The notes under the pieces were generated by a model that searched no databases, had not been told where the DNA came from, and saw nothing but the letters and a program-made list of their open reading frames with translations. Shown here piece after piece: positions 10,125 through 19,948 of a stretch of DNA of 28,908 nt. The position numbers and the translations under genes were made by a program. Each line of letters opens with the position of its first letter. The stretch's first letter is position 1. The stretch comes from a bacterium (GTDB lineage Bacteria > Patescibacteriota > Gracilibacteria > BD1-5 > UBA2023): NCBI GenBank assembly GCA_031422145.1, contig JANOQA010000172.1:1-28908 (forward strand). The letters are read 5' to 3'.

Positions 10125-11117
10125 TTATTTTTTTTCGAGTAGATCAATAAATCCTTCTGTCTTTTTTGCTTCCCAGTCCATTATTTTACAGTATACCCCA
10201 TTATGCCGATGTATATTGTATTTCATACATCACTCACACGGAGTAACTTGTATTTCGAGATCTCCAAAGAGATTTGAGATCTCCCTCTTGCTATCTCTAC
10301 AACTATTTGGTATCACACACTTGAGTCCATCCATCTGCCATATATTCCACGATATGATATTCGCTATCGATTGTATCGATGGCATAGTTGGCTCCTTTTT
10401 GAATTTCTTTTTATAATTTTCGATAAATGTAACGAGAAGTGCCTCACGAGCGAGTAGGAGACTGTCTCATTGCCACTCGTATCCGTAAGTATTTTGATAG
10501 GCTATACGAGCATATTCGAGCCATTCCCCAGGAGTTTTAGTATTTTCTTCGATAACTCGAAGTTTACGATCGAGCATACCTATTCGCTCTGATACCGGGA
10601 TAAATACCCCAGTAGTAGTATCGTATCGACTGACGAGATAGGGACCCTCTCCACAGGCTATCTCGAGTCGAGTATCTCGTATGTAGTCTTTCCAAGTTTT
10701 TCATTCAGGGAAAGCGATGATTCACTTTGTCCTTTTCCACGTATGGATTTTACCTTCGGATATCTCTGTATTAAATACATTTTCACTCCCGAACCATGCG
10801 GTATCTACGAGATTATTTTGAGCATTACATATCCAAGAAGGAGTAAATACCTCTGCCATTTCACGGGATCTGTTCTTCTGGAGTATTTTACTCTTTTTGA
10901 CTCGAGGCATGATGATGTGTCCGTTTTTCCCCGTGATGAGCTCGGGAAGCATCTGTCCGTCAAATTTATATGATTCTCCAAGGTGCGTATACGTATCAGT
11001 TGCCCAAAATATATTCTTTCCCGTAGTACGATCGCACAAAAGTATCTCGAGTACTTGAGGGTACCGAGAGAGGATATCATCCTCTAATATATCAGCGACT
11101 CTATCAACGATGGACAT
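10125..11117 (-). CDS. Methyltransferase-like partner of the RM fusion ('subunit M' type), 330 aa
   Basis: AEVFTPSWIC, RLEIACGEGPYLVSRYD, YGYEWQ(G)DSLLLARE and NIWQMDGL. Its stop lies 2 nt before the next ATG. An alternative TTG start exists at 11141. Confidence 0.82.
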
Positions 11118-11252
11118 AGGTGTATTTTCATTGTACCTCAACCCTTATTTTTTCGAAACTTCTCTACTAACTCTCAAAACCTTAGTTTAGATGAAACAAA
11201 GTATATAAGTTTGTTTCTATTCGAGTAGCCAAAGTAAACAAACTTATCAAAT

Positions 11253-12209
11253 CTACCTACCCCACATCACTACCCCATGCTTCTTCACGAGCTCGAGCTT
11301 CCCGAGACGCTTCATCGTACCTCCATTTGCCTGGAGGAAATATCGCCGTAACTCCTCGATATTTCCCTGTGAGAGCCCGATCGTCCCATGATGTACTCCC
11401 GCATAGATCTTTTCGATGAAAGATCGTTGGAGGAGGGGACTGAGTCGGCCAAAGTCATCCTCCGAGATCGAGTTGCCCGAGAGATAGACTCCGAGGAGTC
11501 ATTCGATCGTCATGTCGAGCTCCCGAGCATACTCCATAAATCCTGCCAGAGTCGATCGTACCTCAGGATTGATCGCTTCCATCTCGGGGAGGATCGAGTG
11601 TCGTATACGGTTTCGTACCAAGGTAGTATCTGTATTGGTACTATCTTCTCGATATGGAATACCCTCGGACTCTGCATACTCGAGGATCTCTCTCTTTGAG
11701 AGAGAGAGGAGCGGTCGGACGAGAGTGCCTTGTCGAGGCGAGATGCCCGAGAGTCCCCGGAGGCGACTGCCCCGTATGAGACCCATGAGCATCGTCTCGA
11801 TCGAGTCATCTTGATGGTGGGCGGTAAGTATCGTGAGAGCTCCTTCGCTCGCTCGTATCTTTTCGAACCATTCATAGCGGACTTTTCTCCCCGTTGCTTC
11901 GAGAGACTCTTTGGAGAGTCGAGCCATCTCACTGACATCGATCGTAGCTACCTCACAGGGGATATTTCGATCGATACAGTAGGCTCTCACAAACTCCGCA
12001 TCATCCTGACTCTCGGGACGGATCTGATGGTCGATATGACCTACTATGATCTTGCTTTTCATAGGATCTTTCGCTCACGAGAGTGAGAGAGCTCGGATCG
12101 TGAGATCGAGGAGCACCATACTATCTACTCCACCTGATACTCCGATAACGATCGGGCGGGGGAGAGAGGCAAGATAACTTAGAGTTTCGGTAATCTTGGA
12201 AAGAGTCAT
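11253..12209 (-). CDS. tilS: tRNA(Ile)-lysidine synthase, 318 aa
   Basis: IGVSGGVDSMVLL, HIDHQIR, TAHHQDDSIET, LVRPLL, EDSTN and RNRIRH. The N- and C-termini are recovered by TGA read-through. Confidence 0.95.
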
Positions 12210-12224
12210 AGAGTTTGATCAAGA

Positions 12225-12497
12225 TTAACGTTGCTGAGCTGTATGGAAAATAGTAATGATTTGCACTTCGTTTTTCACGACTCGATACATAGCAACATAG
12301 TTTGGATGGAGGACGTATTCCTTTGTTCCAAATACTTTCCCAGCAACGCCAATTTGTTGAAATTTTAAGATTTCTATCTTCTTGCGGAGTTCCTTTGAAA
12401 AAGACTCAGCTCGTACTGGATTGTCTTGGGCTATGTACTCAGCTATACTATCAAATTGACTGAGAGCTCTTTTTGACCAACGAAGTTTAAGCTCCAT
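12225..12497 (-). CDS. Type II TA toxin, RelE/ParE family, 90 aa
   Basis: LRWSKRALSQFDSIAEYIAQDNPVRA ... YVAMYRVVKNEVQIITIFHTAQ; overlaps the antitoxin 3' end. Confidence 0.9.
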   Translation of the reverse strand: MELKLRWSKRALSQFDSIAEYIAQDNPVRAESFSKELRKKIEILKFQQIGVAGKVFGTKEYVLHPNYVAMYRVVKNEVQIITIFHTAQQR

Positions 12498-12762
12498 ATT
12501 TTGCAAAAACAGTATGTACCTCCTCATCTGTAGCAAATTCACCTTGATCCATTTCTGCGATAGATTCTAGGATTTCTCGAGTTTGCCAAGTTTGGGTCTC
12601 AAGATAGGAAGAGAGAGCTTCTACCGCTACAAAACTTTTGGTTCTCGCAGTAGATGTAGCGAGAGCATCAAGCTGATCGAATATTCCTATGGGTACACGT
12701 ACGTTTATAGTACGTGTCTGAGAGGATATTTTACGAGCATCCTGGGTTATAGTGGATGACAT
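12487..12762 (-). CDS. Ribbon-helix-helix (CopG-like) antitoxin, 91 aa
   Basis: TINVRVP...LDALATSTARTKSFVAVEALSSYL RHH pattern with an acidic tail (DQGEFATDEEV); upstream of the toxin. Confidence 0.87.
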   Translation of the reverse strand: MSSTITQDARKISSQTRTINVRVPIGIFDQLDALATSTARTKSFVAVEALSSYLETQTWQTREILESIAEMDQGEFATDEEVHTVFAKYGA

Positions 12763-12783
12763 AGATGCTATCTGTTTAAATAT

Positions 12784-12823
12784 GTAATACAATGTATTGT
12801 ATGTATTACTCTGTAAAATACAA
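12784..12823 (-). promoter_or_regulatory. TA promoter (TTGTAT-16-TACAAT) overlapped by a GTAATACA/TGTATTAC inverted-repeat operator
   Basis: Hexamers at 12818-12823 and 12796-12801; 8-bp inverted-repeat arms at 12784-12791 and 12802-12809. Confidence 0.65.
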
Positions 12824-12840
12824 ATTTCTAGGAATCTGTT

Positions 12841-13185
12841 TTACTCTATCATTCTTCGTCACTTTTCTCTTCGTAGTCGTATCTCCGGGAGGTCTTGCAT
12901 GAGACGTACGATATCGTCATCAGGAGCGATGATATTGGTCATTTGCTTTCCACATTTGACGCATTCGTGGAGGATTACCATCCCTTTATGTTTTTTCTCG
13001 GTGAGATCGATCGCTTTCATCACTCCTCCGCAGCTACTCTCTCGATCTCCAGGGAATTCATCGTCGATATGCAGAGACGCGAGACAGTACGGACAGTGAT
13101 TACGAGCGGAGCCGGTCGGGTGCACGTCTACAAAAGATCCGCACACCTGGCAGGTAAAAGACTCGTTTCGCATGATAAACCCCAT
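12841..13185 (-). CDS. RNHCP domain protein, 114 aa
   Basis: FTCQVCG, GSARNHCPYCLASLHID, PGDRESSCGG and HECVKCG. TGA at 12859 is read through to TAA at 12841. Confidence 0.92.
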
Positions 13186-13287
13186 AATACTCGGATAATT
13201 TCTGGTATTTCCTTATTTTGCGAGTTTTCTCGTATTTTTCAATCCCGAGTTTTTGCAGGAGCCAGAGGTATATGATAGTCTAGGAGC

Positions 13288-14664
13288 ATGAGTGATCTTT
13301 CTACGACTGTCATACCACCTCTTGCGGAAGCCCCAGAGACTTCAAATCCTCCTCTTATCCAGTCAGAGGAGCAGTTTCGAGCAGAGGTCGAGGAGATCCA
13401 CCAAGTTAAAAAGCGTAATTTTTCTTCGGATATGTTTGATGAGCTCGCTCGTCATGTCCATGACTCGCTGAAAGCCCAAGACTCCGACCGAGCTCTCACC
13501 CTCATCACCAAATGAGCCCTCGGTCTTGGCAGCTCGGATATTCACTATGATCTCTCGGAGACTGAGGCACGAGTACGGATGCGGATCGATGGATCTCTCT
13601 CGACCGTGTTCACCCTCTCTCTTCCCGAGTACAAGCTCCTCCTCGAGCGACTCAAGTACAAATCCGAACTCAAACTTAATATCACCCATATTCCTCAAGA
13701 TGGGAAATATCGTATCACTGAGGTCGAGGATGGACATATCGATGTCCGTGTCTCGACCTTGCCAGTACGTACTGGAGAAAATGTCGTCTGTCGAGTCCTC
13801 GACTCTACGAAGTCGATACCAAAAGTAGCGGAGCTCGGATTTGTCTGGACGAGCAAACGTCAGATCGATAAATCTCTCGGTAAAAAGTCCGGAATGGTAC
13901 TCGTCACGGGACCTACAGGATCAGGGAAGACGACGACCCTTTACTCCATGATGCAAGATCTTAATACCGAAGATCGTAAGGTGATCACGCTCGAAGATCC
14001 GATCGAGTATGAACTCCCGGGGATCGTCCAGTCGGAGGTGAATGAAAAAAATTGATATACTTATCACAGCGGGCTCAAAGCACTCCTGCGACAAGATCCT
14101 GATATCATCATGGTAGGGGAGATCCGAGATCTCGATACGGCCAATACGGCTGCTCAGGCCTCTCTCACGGGACATCTCGTCCTCTCGACGCTCCACACCA
14201 AGTCCGCCTCAGAGACCCTCGAACGACTCACCAATATGGGACTCCCGTCCTATATCCTCGCCTCGTCGATCGATATCATCATCGCTCAGCGACTCGTACG
14301 ACGACTCTGTCCGCACTGCTCGGAGTCGTATATGGCAGACGAATCTCAGACCGAGATCATCAAATGGATGATGAAAGATATCGGGATCGATGCGGTTGCC
14401 CGAGCTAATAAATGAGGCTACAAGCTTCACCGTTCCAAGGGATGTGAACATTGCGGATTTACCGGATATAAAGGACGTATGGGGATCTACGAAGTTCTCC
14501 ACTTTAATGATGCGATCCGTCGCCTCATCCGAGCCGGAGCCAGTCCTGCCGAGATTCTCGCCGAAGCACGAAACAATGATCTCATCCTCATGCGAGAAGA
14601 CGGAGTCCTCAAAGCTATGCGAGGAAAGACGAGTCTTGAGGAGGTGTTTAGTGTGATAGATTAA
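13288..14664 (+). CDS. Type IV pilus / type II secretion ATPase, PilB/GspE family, 458 aa
   Basis: Four track fragments join through TGA at 13513, 14053 and 14413. Motifs: MRIDG, VTGPTGSGKTTTLY, TLEDPIEY, LRQDPDIIMVGEIRD, TGHLVLSTLH, CPHC...CEHC and GRMGIYEVL. Confidence 0.95.
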
Positions 14665-14675
14665 CCTACTTTCTT

Positions 14676-15689
14676 ATGTCCCCAGAAAAATTACCAACTT
14701 CCCCTGAAGTTAGTAACTCATTGACACCTCTTGCAACCACAGAGGCTCAGAAATTACAAGAGTCTTTTCGAGTGAGTATTACAAAAGAGAGGAATCTTAC
14801 TACATATCTTGGCTATTTGACAGCACTTCAACAGCTTCCTGGGGCAAGTCTTGACGCTCTTTTTGATGGCGAAGTAGAACTCGGAGAAGAAGAGCTTTTT
14901 ACAGTATACGGGATTATTTCGATGTTTAACGGAAATAACTCCTTTACTCATAATAAGCCACCAAAGAAAATTTCATACGATAGAAATTGGGCTCTTGATT
15001 CTACATTTGATCTTCAGTACGAAACTCTTTCCGATAAAAACACAGGGAAAAGTGTTTCATATATAAAATCTATTGGAGGATCAACTTCTCTCATCCCAAG
15101 TGCTTTTGGAGATACGCAGTTAGTATTTGTCTATGATTCTACTACTCGACAATTGAAAGGTATGGAATTTAAAAAACCCATTCAAAGAGTAAATGAGAGT
15201 ATTATCCCCCATAGAAATGGTGCTTGACTTGTAGAGAGGATAGATATAGGAAACGCTCTTAAGGTAGATAATTCTATTCAAATAGTATATCAAAATGGCC
15301 TCCCAGTAAAGGCTATTCAGTCAAAGTATGGAGTGCTTGGAGATGAGATGGAGTTTATGTATGATACTAAAAATCAACTTTCTCAAATAGTATATCGCCC
15401 AGCTATCTCAGTTCGTTCTGTCCAATCTCTTGCCAAGAGCAAGTCTCTCTGAGATCTTAAAGATCGAATATTTGATATATTGATGGGAAATGTAAAGAGA
15501 AGTAAGGACGTGGATAGTACTCGTATTTCTCCAGAGCATACGGGGACTGATATACATCTCTGAGCTTCTCGGTGGTATTATACCGATGGAAAAACTCAGT
15601 TTGAATGGAAGGATGGAGTGCTCACTAAAATGAAAATGACACAGACTGGACTGATCGATGATCAAAAAGAGCTTACGATCTCTCCGTAA
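14676..15689 (+). CDS. Hypothetical beta-rich protein with YD-like pseudo-repeats, 337 aa
   Basis: Open frame with TGA=Gly from ATG 14676 to TAA 15689, starting 11 nt after the ATPase stop. Confidence 0.7.
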
Positions 15690-15723
15690 ACTTCGCTATT
15701 TCGTTACTAGTATAGTCAATATC

Positions 15724-16896
15724 TTATCTAGAAACCACAAGAACCTTTCTAAATTCATCTAATAGCCATTTTGGATGCTTCTTTTTTTTGAGGAGACTAT
15801 TCCAGTAAGGATGAAATTCTTCGTAGGTGAGAGTCTCTGGTGCAGATCACTCTGGGATATGTTTGACCGCATACTCGATACAGCCCTCAAGATCGAGTTT
15901 TCGAGTGTATACCTGAGAAAATAGAGTAGCGAACTCTGCTTCTGTGAGAGAGAGTTGCATCTTCCCGAATACATATCCAGATACTACCGCAGTTCGTAGT
16001 ACATCTGAGTGGACTCGTATTTTATTGGTGAGAGTATTCCATTCAGTAGAGTCGAACCCTTCTCATACATTTGTACCCTCTCACTCGTCATTAACTTCTG
16101 GGAGTGGATCAATATATCACAGAGAAGCTCTATAATCTCGAAGGACATTTTCAAATTTGAGTTCTACTACCCCATCTACTTGATTTGCCTGGAGGAACTT
16201 TTCCCAGGTAGTTCTCAGTTTTGGGCTATTTTTTTTGATAATAGGAGCCGCCTCAAAGTCGAGAGTTTTGCCCGTCACAATATACGGAAAAAGACGAGTG
16301 GCGAGGACTTCTGTCCAAGTAACAGAGTCTCTCCCATCCTTTGGCAACATATTTTGCCTCTTTAAGAGGCTTTGTATGAGAGTAGATATCTGTTTTGTAT
16401 GAGAGGCCCATTCGGTAGCTCTTTTTAGCTCTTCTAAATAGGGAGAACGTCCCGATACGATCTGAGTAGGGGCATATAGATCGTACATTTGACTACGAAA
16501 GTCCTGAGGATCTTCGAGCGACTCTATCTCATTTGGGTCTTGAGGGAGAGCGAGACGAGCTTTGATGAGTGTAGATCCTCTTTTTGATAGAGGAAGTATT
16601 CCACCCTGGAGAGCTACGATAGCAGTATCTGGATCTCACTTTGATATATCCTCAAGACCGAGAGAGATGAGATGGATCAGTCTATTCTGAGCTTTCGTGA
16701 GATCCGTAGGGCTATGTGGACTTCCAAATGCCTGAGCTATCTGGACGACTCCCTTTGGTCCATCAGAGAGTATTTGTGCGACTTGAGACTCGGTAAGTGA
16801 TCTACGTCTTTTTGCTGCAGAAAGCACCATCTCAAAAAATGATCGTGTATCAGAACGGACCATTGTATTTCAGGATGTAGGAGGGAAAGTATGCAT
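15724..16896 (-). CDS. Hypothetical protein, ~390 aa (alternative start 16863)
   Basis: Track ORFs 16636..16863 and 16117..16488 are in one frame with no TAA/TAG until 15724. Confidence 0.72.
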
Positions 16897-16897
16897 A

Positions 16898-16959
16898 GAC
16901 TCTCTCGAGATACTGAGTTTTACTCAGTATCTCGAGAGAGTCGGGCTCGAAAGCCCGAC
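16898..16959. repeat. Perfect 21-bp inverted repeat (3-nt loop) overlapping an 8-bp GC-rich hairpin
   Basis: GACTCTCTCGAGATACTGAGT-TTT-ACTCAGTATCTCGAGAGAGTC (16898-16942) and GTCGGGCT-CGAA-AGCCCGAC (16940-16959). Confidence 0.97.
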
Positions 16960-16989
16960 AATTACGTCACTTCAGAGAGACAATACCCT

Positions 16990-17730
16990 TTACAGGGCTT
17001 CGTCCGCTGTTGTAACGGCCACCTGGAGAGGTTTTTGCACGACTGAGTTTAGTAGTTCTTGAATGATCACCCATCCAGAAACAACAGCCTCAGAAAGCAC
17101 TTTTTGAAGCTGTTCGCATACAGCTTTGAAAAGGTCTAGATTGACTTTTCGCAGCTTATAGACTGCGGTCTGCCACTCCAAATCTGAGTCATGTATACGA
17201 TCTTTACCGTTTTCATCAAACTTATGGACTTGATAGTCCAGGATTTCTTCTGCATGATCTATCAGGGCCAATGCGAGTACGGAGGCTGCGGTATGTCCCT
17301 CCAATACCCTGAAAAAGGCAGTGGCATCAACCCCACATTCACCATCATTAGGGTCATTACGCAGGATGACTCCGTTCAGAATCTCCTCACAGTTGCCCAG
17401 ATAGTCAGGATTTTTTTCGGTCACCCACTTTTTGGGTAGATCCTCCAAGGCCTTGGCGAGTTGTCTGGGGGTGATGAGAGCCGGGATGACGGCCGATGGG
17501 CGAGAGCCCATCGTAGTCAGGATCTGCATCATCGTGGTACCCGGTACCTTTGCGAGTGCCAGGACGAGGGCTTTATCGCCCTCTTTGCCACCGACGCTAT
17601 CACTGATCGCTACGAGGGCTTTCTCAGCTTTCTCAGCGTTTCCAGTAGCTGCCAATCCGACAGCTATGGAGATTTGGCTCGAGCGATACGCAGCGAGCTC
17701 AGTTTTTGTTTTTGTAGTTGCAGTTGCCAT
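16990..17730 (-). CDS. Hypothetical alpha-helical protein, 246 aa
   Basis: Uninterrupted ATG..TAA ORF with an AAGGAG Shine-Dalgarno-like site 5 nt upstream. Confidence 0.85.
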   Translation of the reverse strand: MATATTKTKTELAAYRSSQISIAVGLAATGNAEKAEKALVAISDSVGGKEGDKALVLALAKVPGTTMMQILTTMGSRPSAVIPALITPRQLAKALEDLPKKWVTEKNPDYLGNCEEILNGVILRNDPNDGECGVDATAFFRVLEGHTAASVLALALIDHAEEILDYQVHKFDENGKDRIHDSDLEWQTAVYKLRKVNLDLFKAVCEQLQKVLSEAVVSGWVIIQELLNSVVQKPLQVAVTTADEAL

Positions 17731-17751
17731 GATGTCTCCTTTGAAATGGCG

Positions 17752-18021
17752 TTAAAACGAAAGTGTATTCTCAATCAGTCTTTTCCAGGAATTTCCTGCG
17801 AATTGAACGGGATCTTCTACAAAGGTTGCAGAAATTTCTCGGTCGTATTCGCGTCTCTTTTCTGGATCCGAAAGTACTTCATACGCAGTTTGCACTGCGT
17901 GAAACAAAGCGTCACTCCCACCCTTATCGGGATGGGTAATGCGAGCCTTATTTCGATAGGCGGTCTTGATCTCCTGGGCACTTGCCTGGGAAACAAGACC
18001 AAGAATCATATAATGACTCAT
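17752..18021 (-). CDS. Small stand-alone J-domain (DnaJ-type) protein
   Basis: HYMILGL...EIKTAYRNKARITHPDKGGSDALFHAVQTAYEVLSDPEKRREYD. GGAG lies upstream of ATG 18021 (alternative TTG at 18036). Confidence 0.93.
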   Translation of the reverse strand: MSHYMILGLVSQASAQEIKTAYRNKARITHPDKGGSDALFHAVQTAYEVLSDPEKRREYDREISATFVEDPVQFAGNSWKRLIENTLSF

Positions 18022-18078
18022 GATGTATCTCTCCAAGTGTATTAAGGAACAAGACCGACAGGATTGAAGGTCTATATT

Positions 18079-18187
18079 ACTGTATAAAAATAGTGTTTTA
18101 TGTCAAGTAATTAGTTTATGTCAATAGTACTATAGAATAGTACCTCACCAATAAAAAATTTGACTTACCTTACCGAGTTTTCATAAT
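18079..18187. promoter_or_regulatory. Divergent sigma70-like promoters
   Basis: Minus strand: TTGACA (18101-18106)-16-TACAGT (18079-18084). Plus strand: TTGACT (18160-18165)-16-CATAAT (18182-18187). Confidence 0.5.
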
Positions 18188-18206
18188 ATCTTTTTCAGCA
18201 CTATAT

Positions 18207-19913
18207 ATGAAAGCTAAGAGCGGAATAGAGAGTAACTTGGATAAATTTAGATTTTATAAAGCGGACCCTCTTTCTGTTACGCCACCTCACTGAATATCAT
18301 GGATTCGCCTGAGGGTAGATTTATGCGTACAAAATATACTTCGACGTATGGAGTACGCTCAAGACCCAGAGTGAGTCGCAAATCACTGGATTCACTTGTA
18401 TGATAGAGTGCTTTCACATCCAGACTTTCAAAACAAAGATACTTTCGCAAGGCTCTTGATTCGATCTTTAGATCAATCCTGAAATCTTCCCAAAGACCAT
18501 CCAGTAGGAAAAGTACCTCAAGAAATCTATGCACAGGGATTTATAGATATTATCCAGGGAATTTCTAGGGATTCTTCTATAAGCTCTGAAGTAATTAAAA
18601 CTAATCAAGTACTTCGCTCATGTTTATGTTTTGTAGGGAAAGCTCTTGGTATCGAAACTCCAGGGGACATCAAGTACCAGTTATTAATTATCCAAAATAA
18701 AATTCCATATTTTTCTTCTCGGGAGAGTGTAGTAGGGAGGCTTATTCTGGATCGTCTTGACTCCTTGTATGCCTCATTTGGAAAGCTTCAGAAAACCTTT
18801 TCAAATACTATTAGGATTCCACTAGGAAGTCCGCCAGAACTGAATACTCGAGCTGCTAGTCACCTCCGTTTTATACAGGGATCTCTCGAAGACGTTCAGT
18901 CAGAAATAGATCGTATTAACTCAGTAGAAAGTATACCGAGCCCTTTCCGAGGCCTGAGAATCATAGAACGAATAGAAAATGAGTTACGTTATATACAAGA
19001 GGAAATAGAATCGCTTCGAGAAAATATTATACGCCATGTAAAATCTACTAAAAGATCTTTATCTGGAACGCAGGAAAGGGGAGGATTATCCTCTCTGGTA
19101 GTGAACGAAGGTATCGATATTATCAGATCGCGCGATCTTGAGTCTGCAGAAAATATCCTCAACACTCTATTTGTCCGCCTTTCTAATATAGAGACTCGAC
19201 CTAGGAAAGGTAGAATTCATGCCTTCTTTCAGCCAGAGTGAGAGTCTACTGTAGAGCTTCAGGCTATGATTACTCGAGCCCGAGTCATCGGGACTCAATT
19301 TCCAGAGCTTTCTGAATCTACTCATTTTTTACAGGAAAGAATTCAGAATTTTCTTCAAACGAAAGATGGTCTTGAAAATCCTCCAGAAGATACATCAATA
19401 ACTGTATCTAAAATACGTAAAGATCCTTCTGTGGAATCGATTGAAACACAGATAGCTCCTGATTCTCAAAGAATAACTCATTTTCTTACTACGTATCTAA
19501 CCTGGATTACTCGAGTTTGATCATCTACGAATGATACGAAGACATGAAGTAAAGGTGATGGAAATATTCTGAATCAATATATCTTTCCATACTTTAGTTT
19601 TATTAAAAACAGTATCAAAAGATGAACCATTACCGCTGAGAATTTTTCTTTTTCATCACTGCTTCAGGCTTTTAATGAGGCTTCTGGCCTTTGAGAGGGA
19701 AATGCTCTCCGAAACAGGGCACTCCCCGTCTATCTCAAGCTATTTCCTGAAACTCCCCCAGGATCTTCTTTAGATATACAATTTATAAACTTTCTTGTCT
19801 GGATTGAACGAGTTGGGGATCTCATAGAGCCAGGGGTTGGTTGTCGAGTATTATTAAAGCATTCAAATGCTTTCTTTCGATCTCCAGAGTGTCAGAAGAT
19901 ATTGAAGGAGTAG
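18207..19913 (+). CDS. Hypothetical protein, 568 aa (mostly hidden in the code-11 track)
   Basis: A single 1707-nt frame free of TAA/TAG that includes track ORFs 18765..19241 and 19266..19520; promoter-like site upstream. Confidence 0.78.
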
Positions 19914-19948
19914 GGATAGGAAATACTCTCAAGATAGGTCTCAGTATT

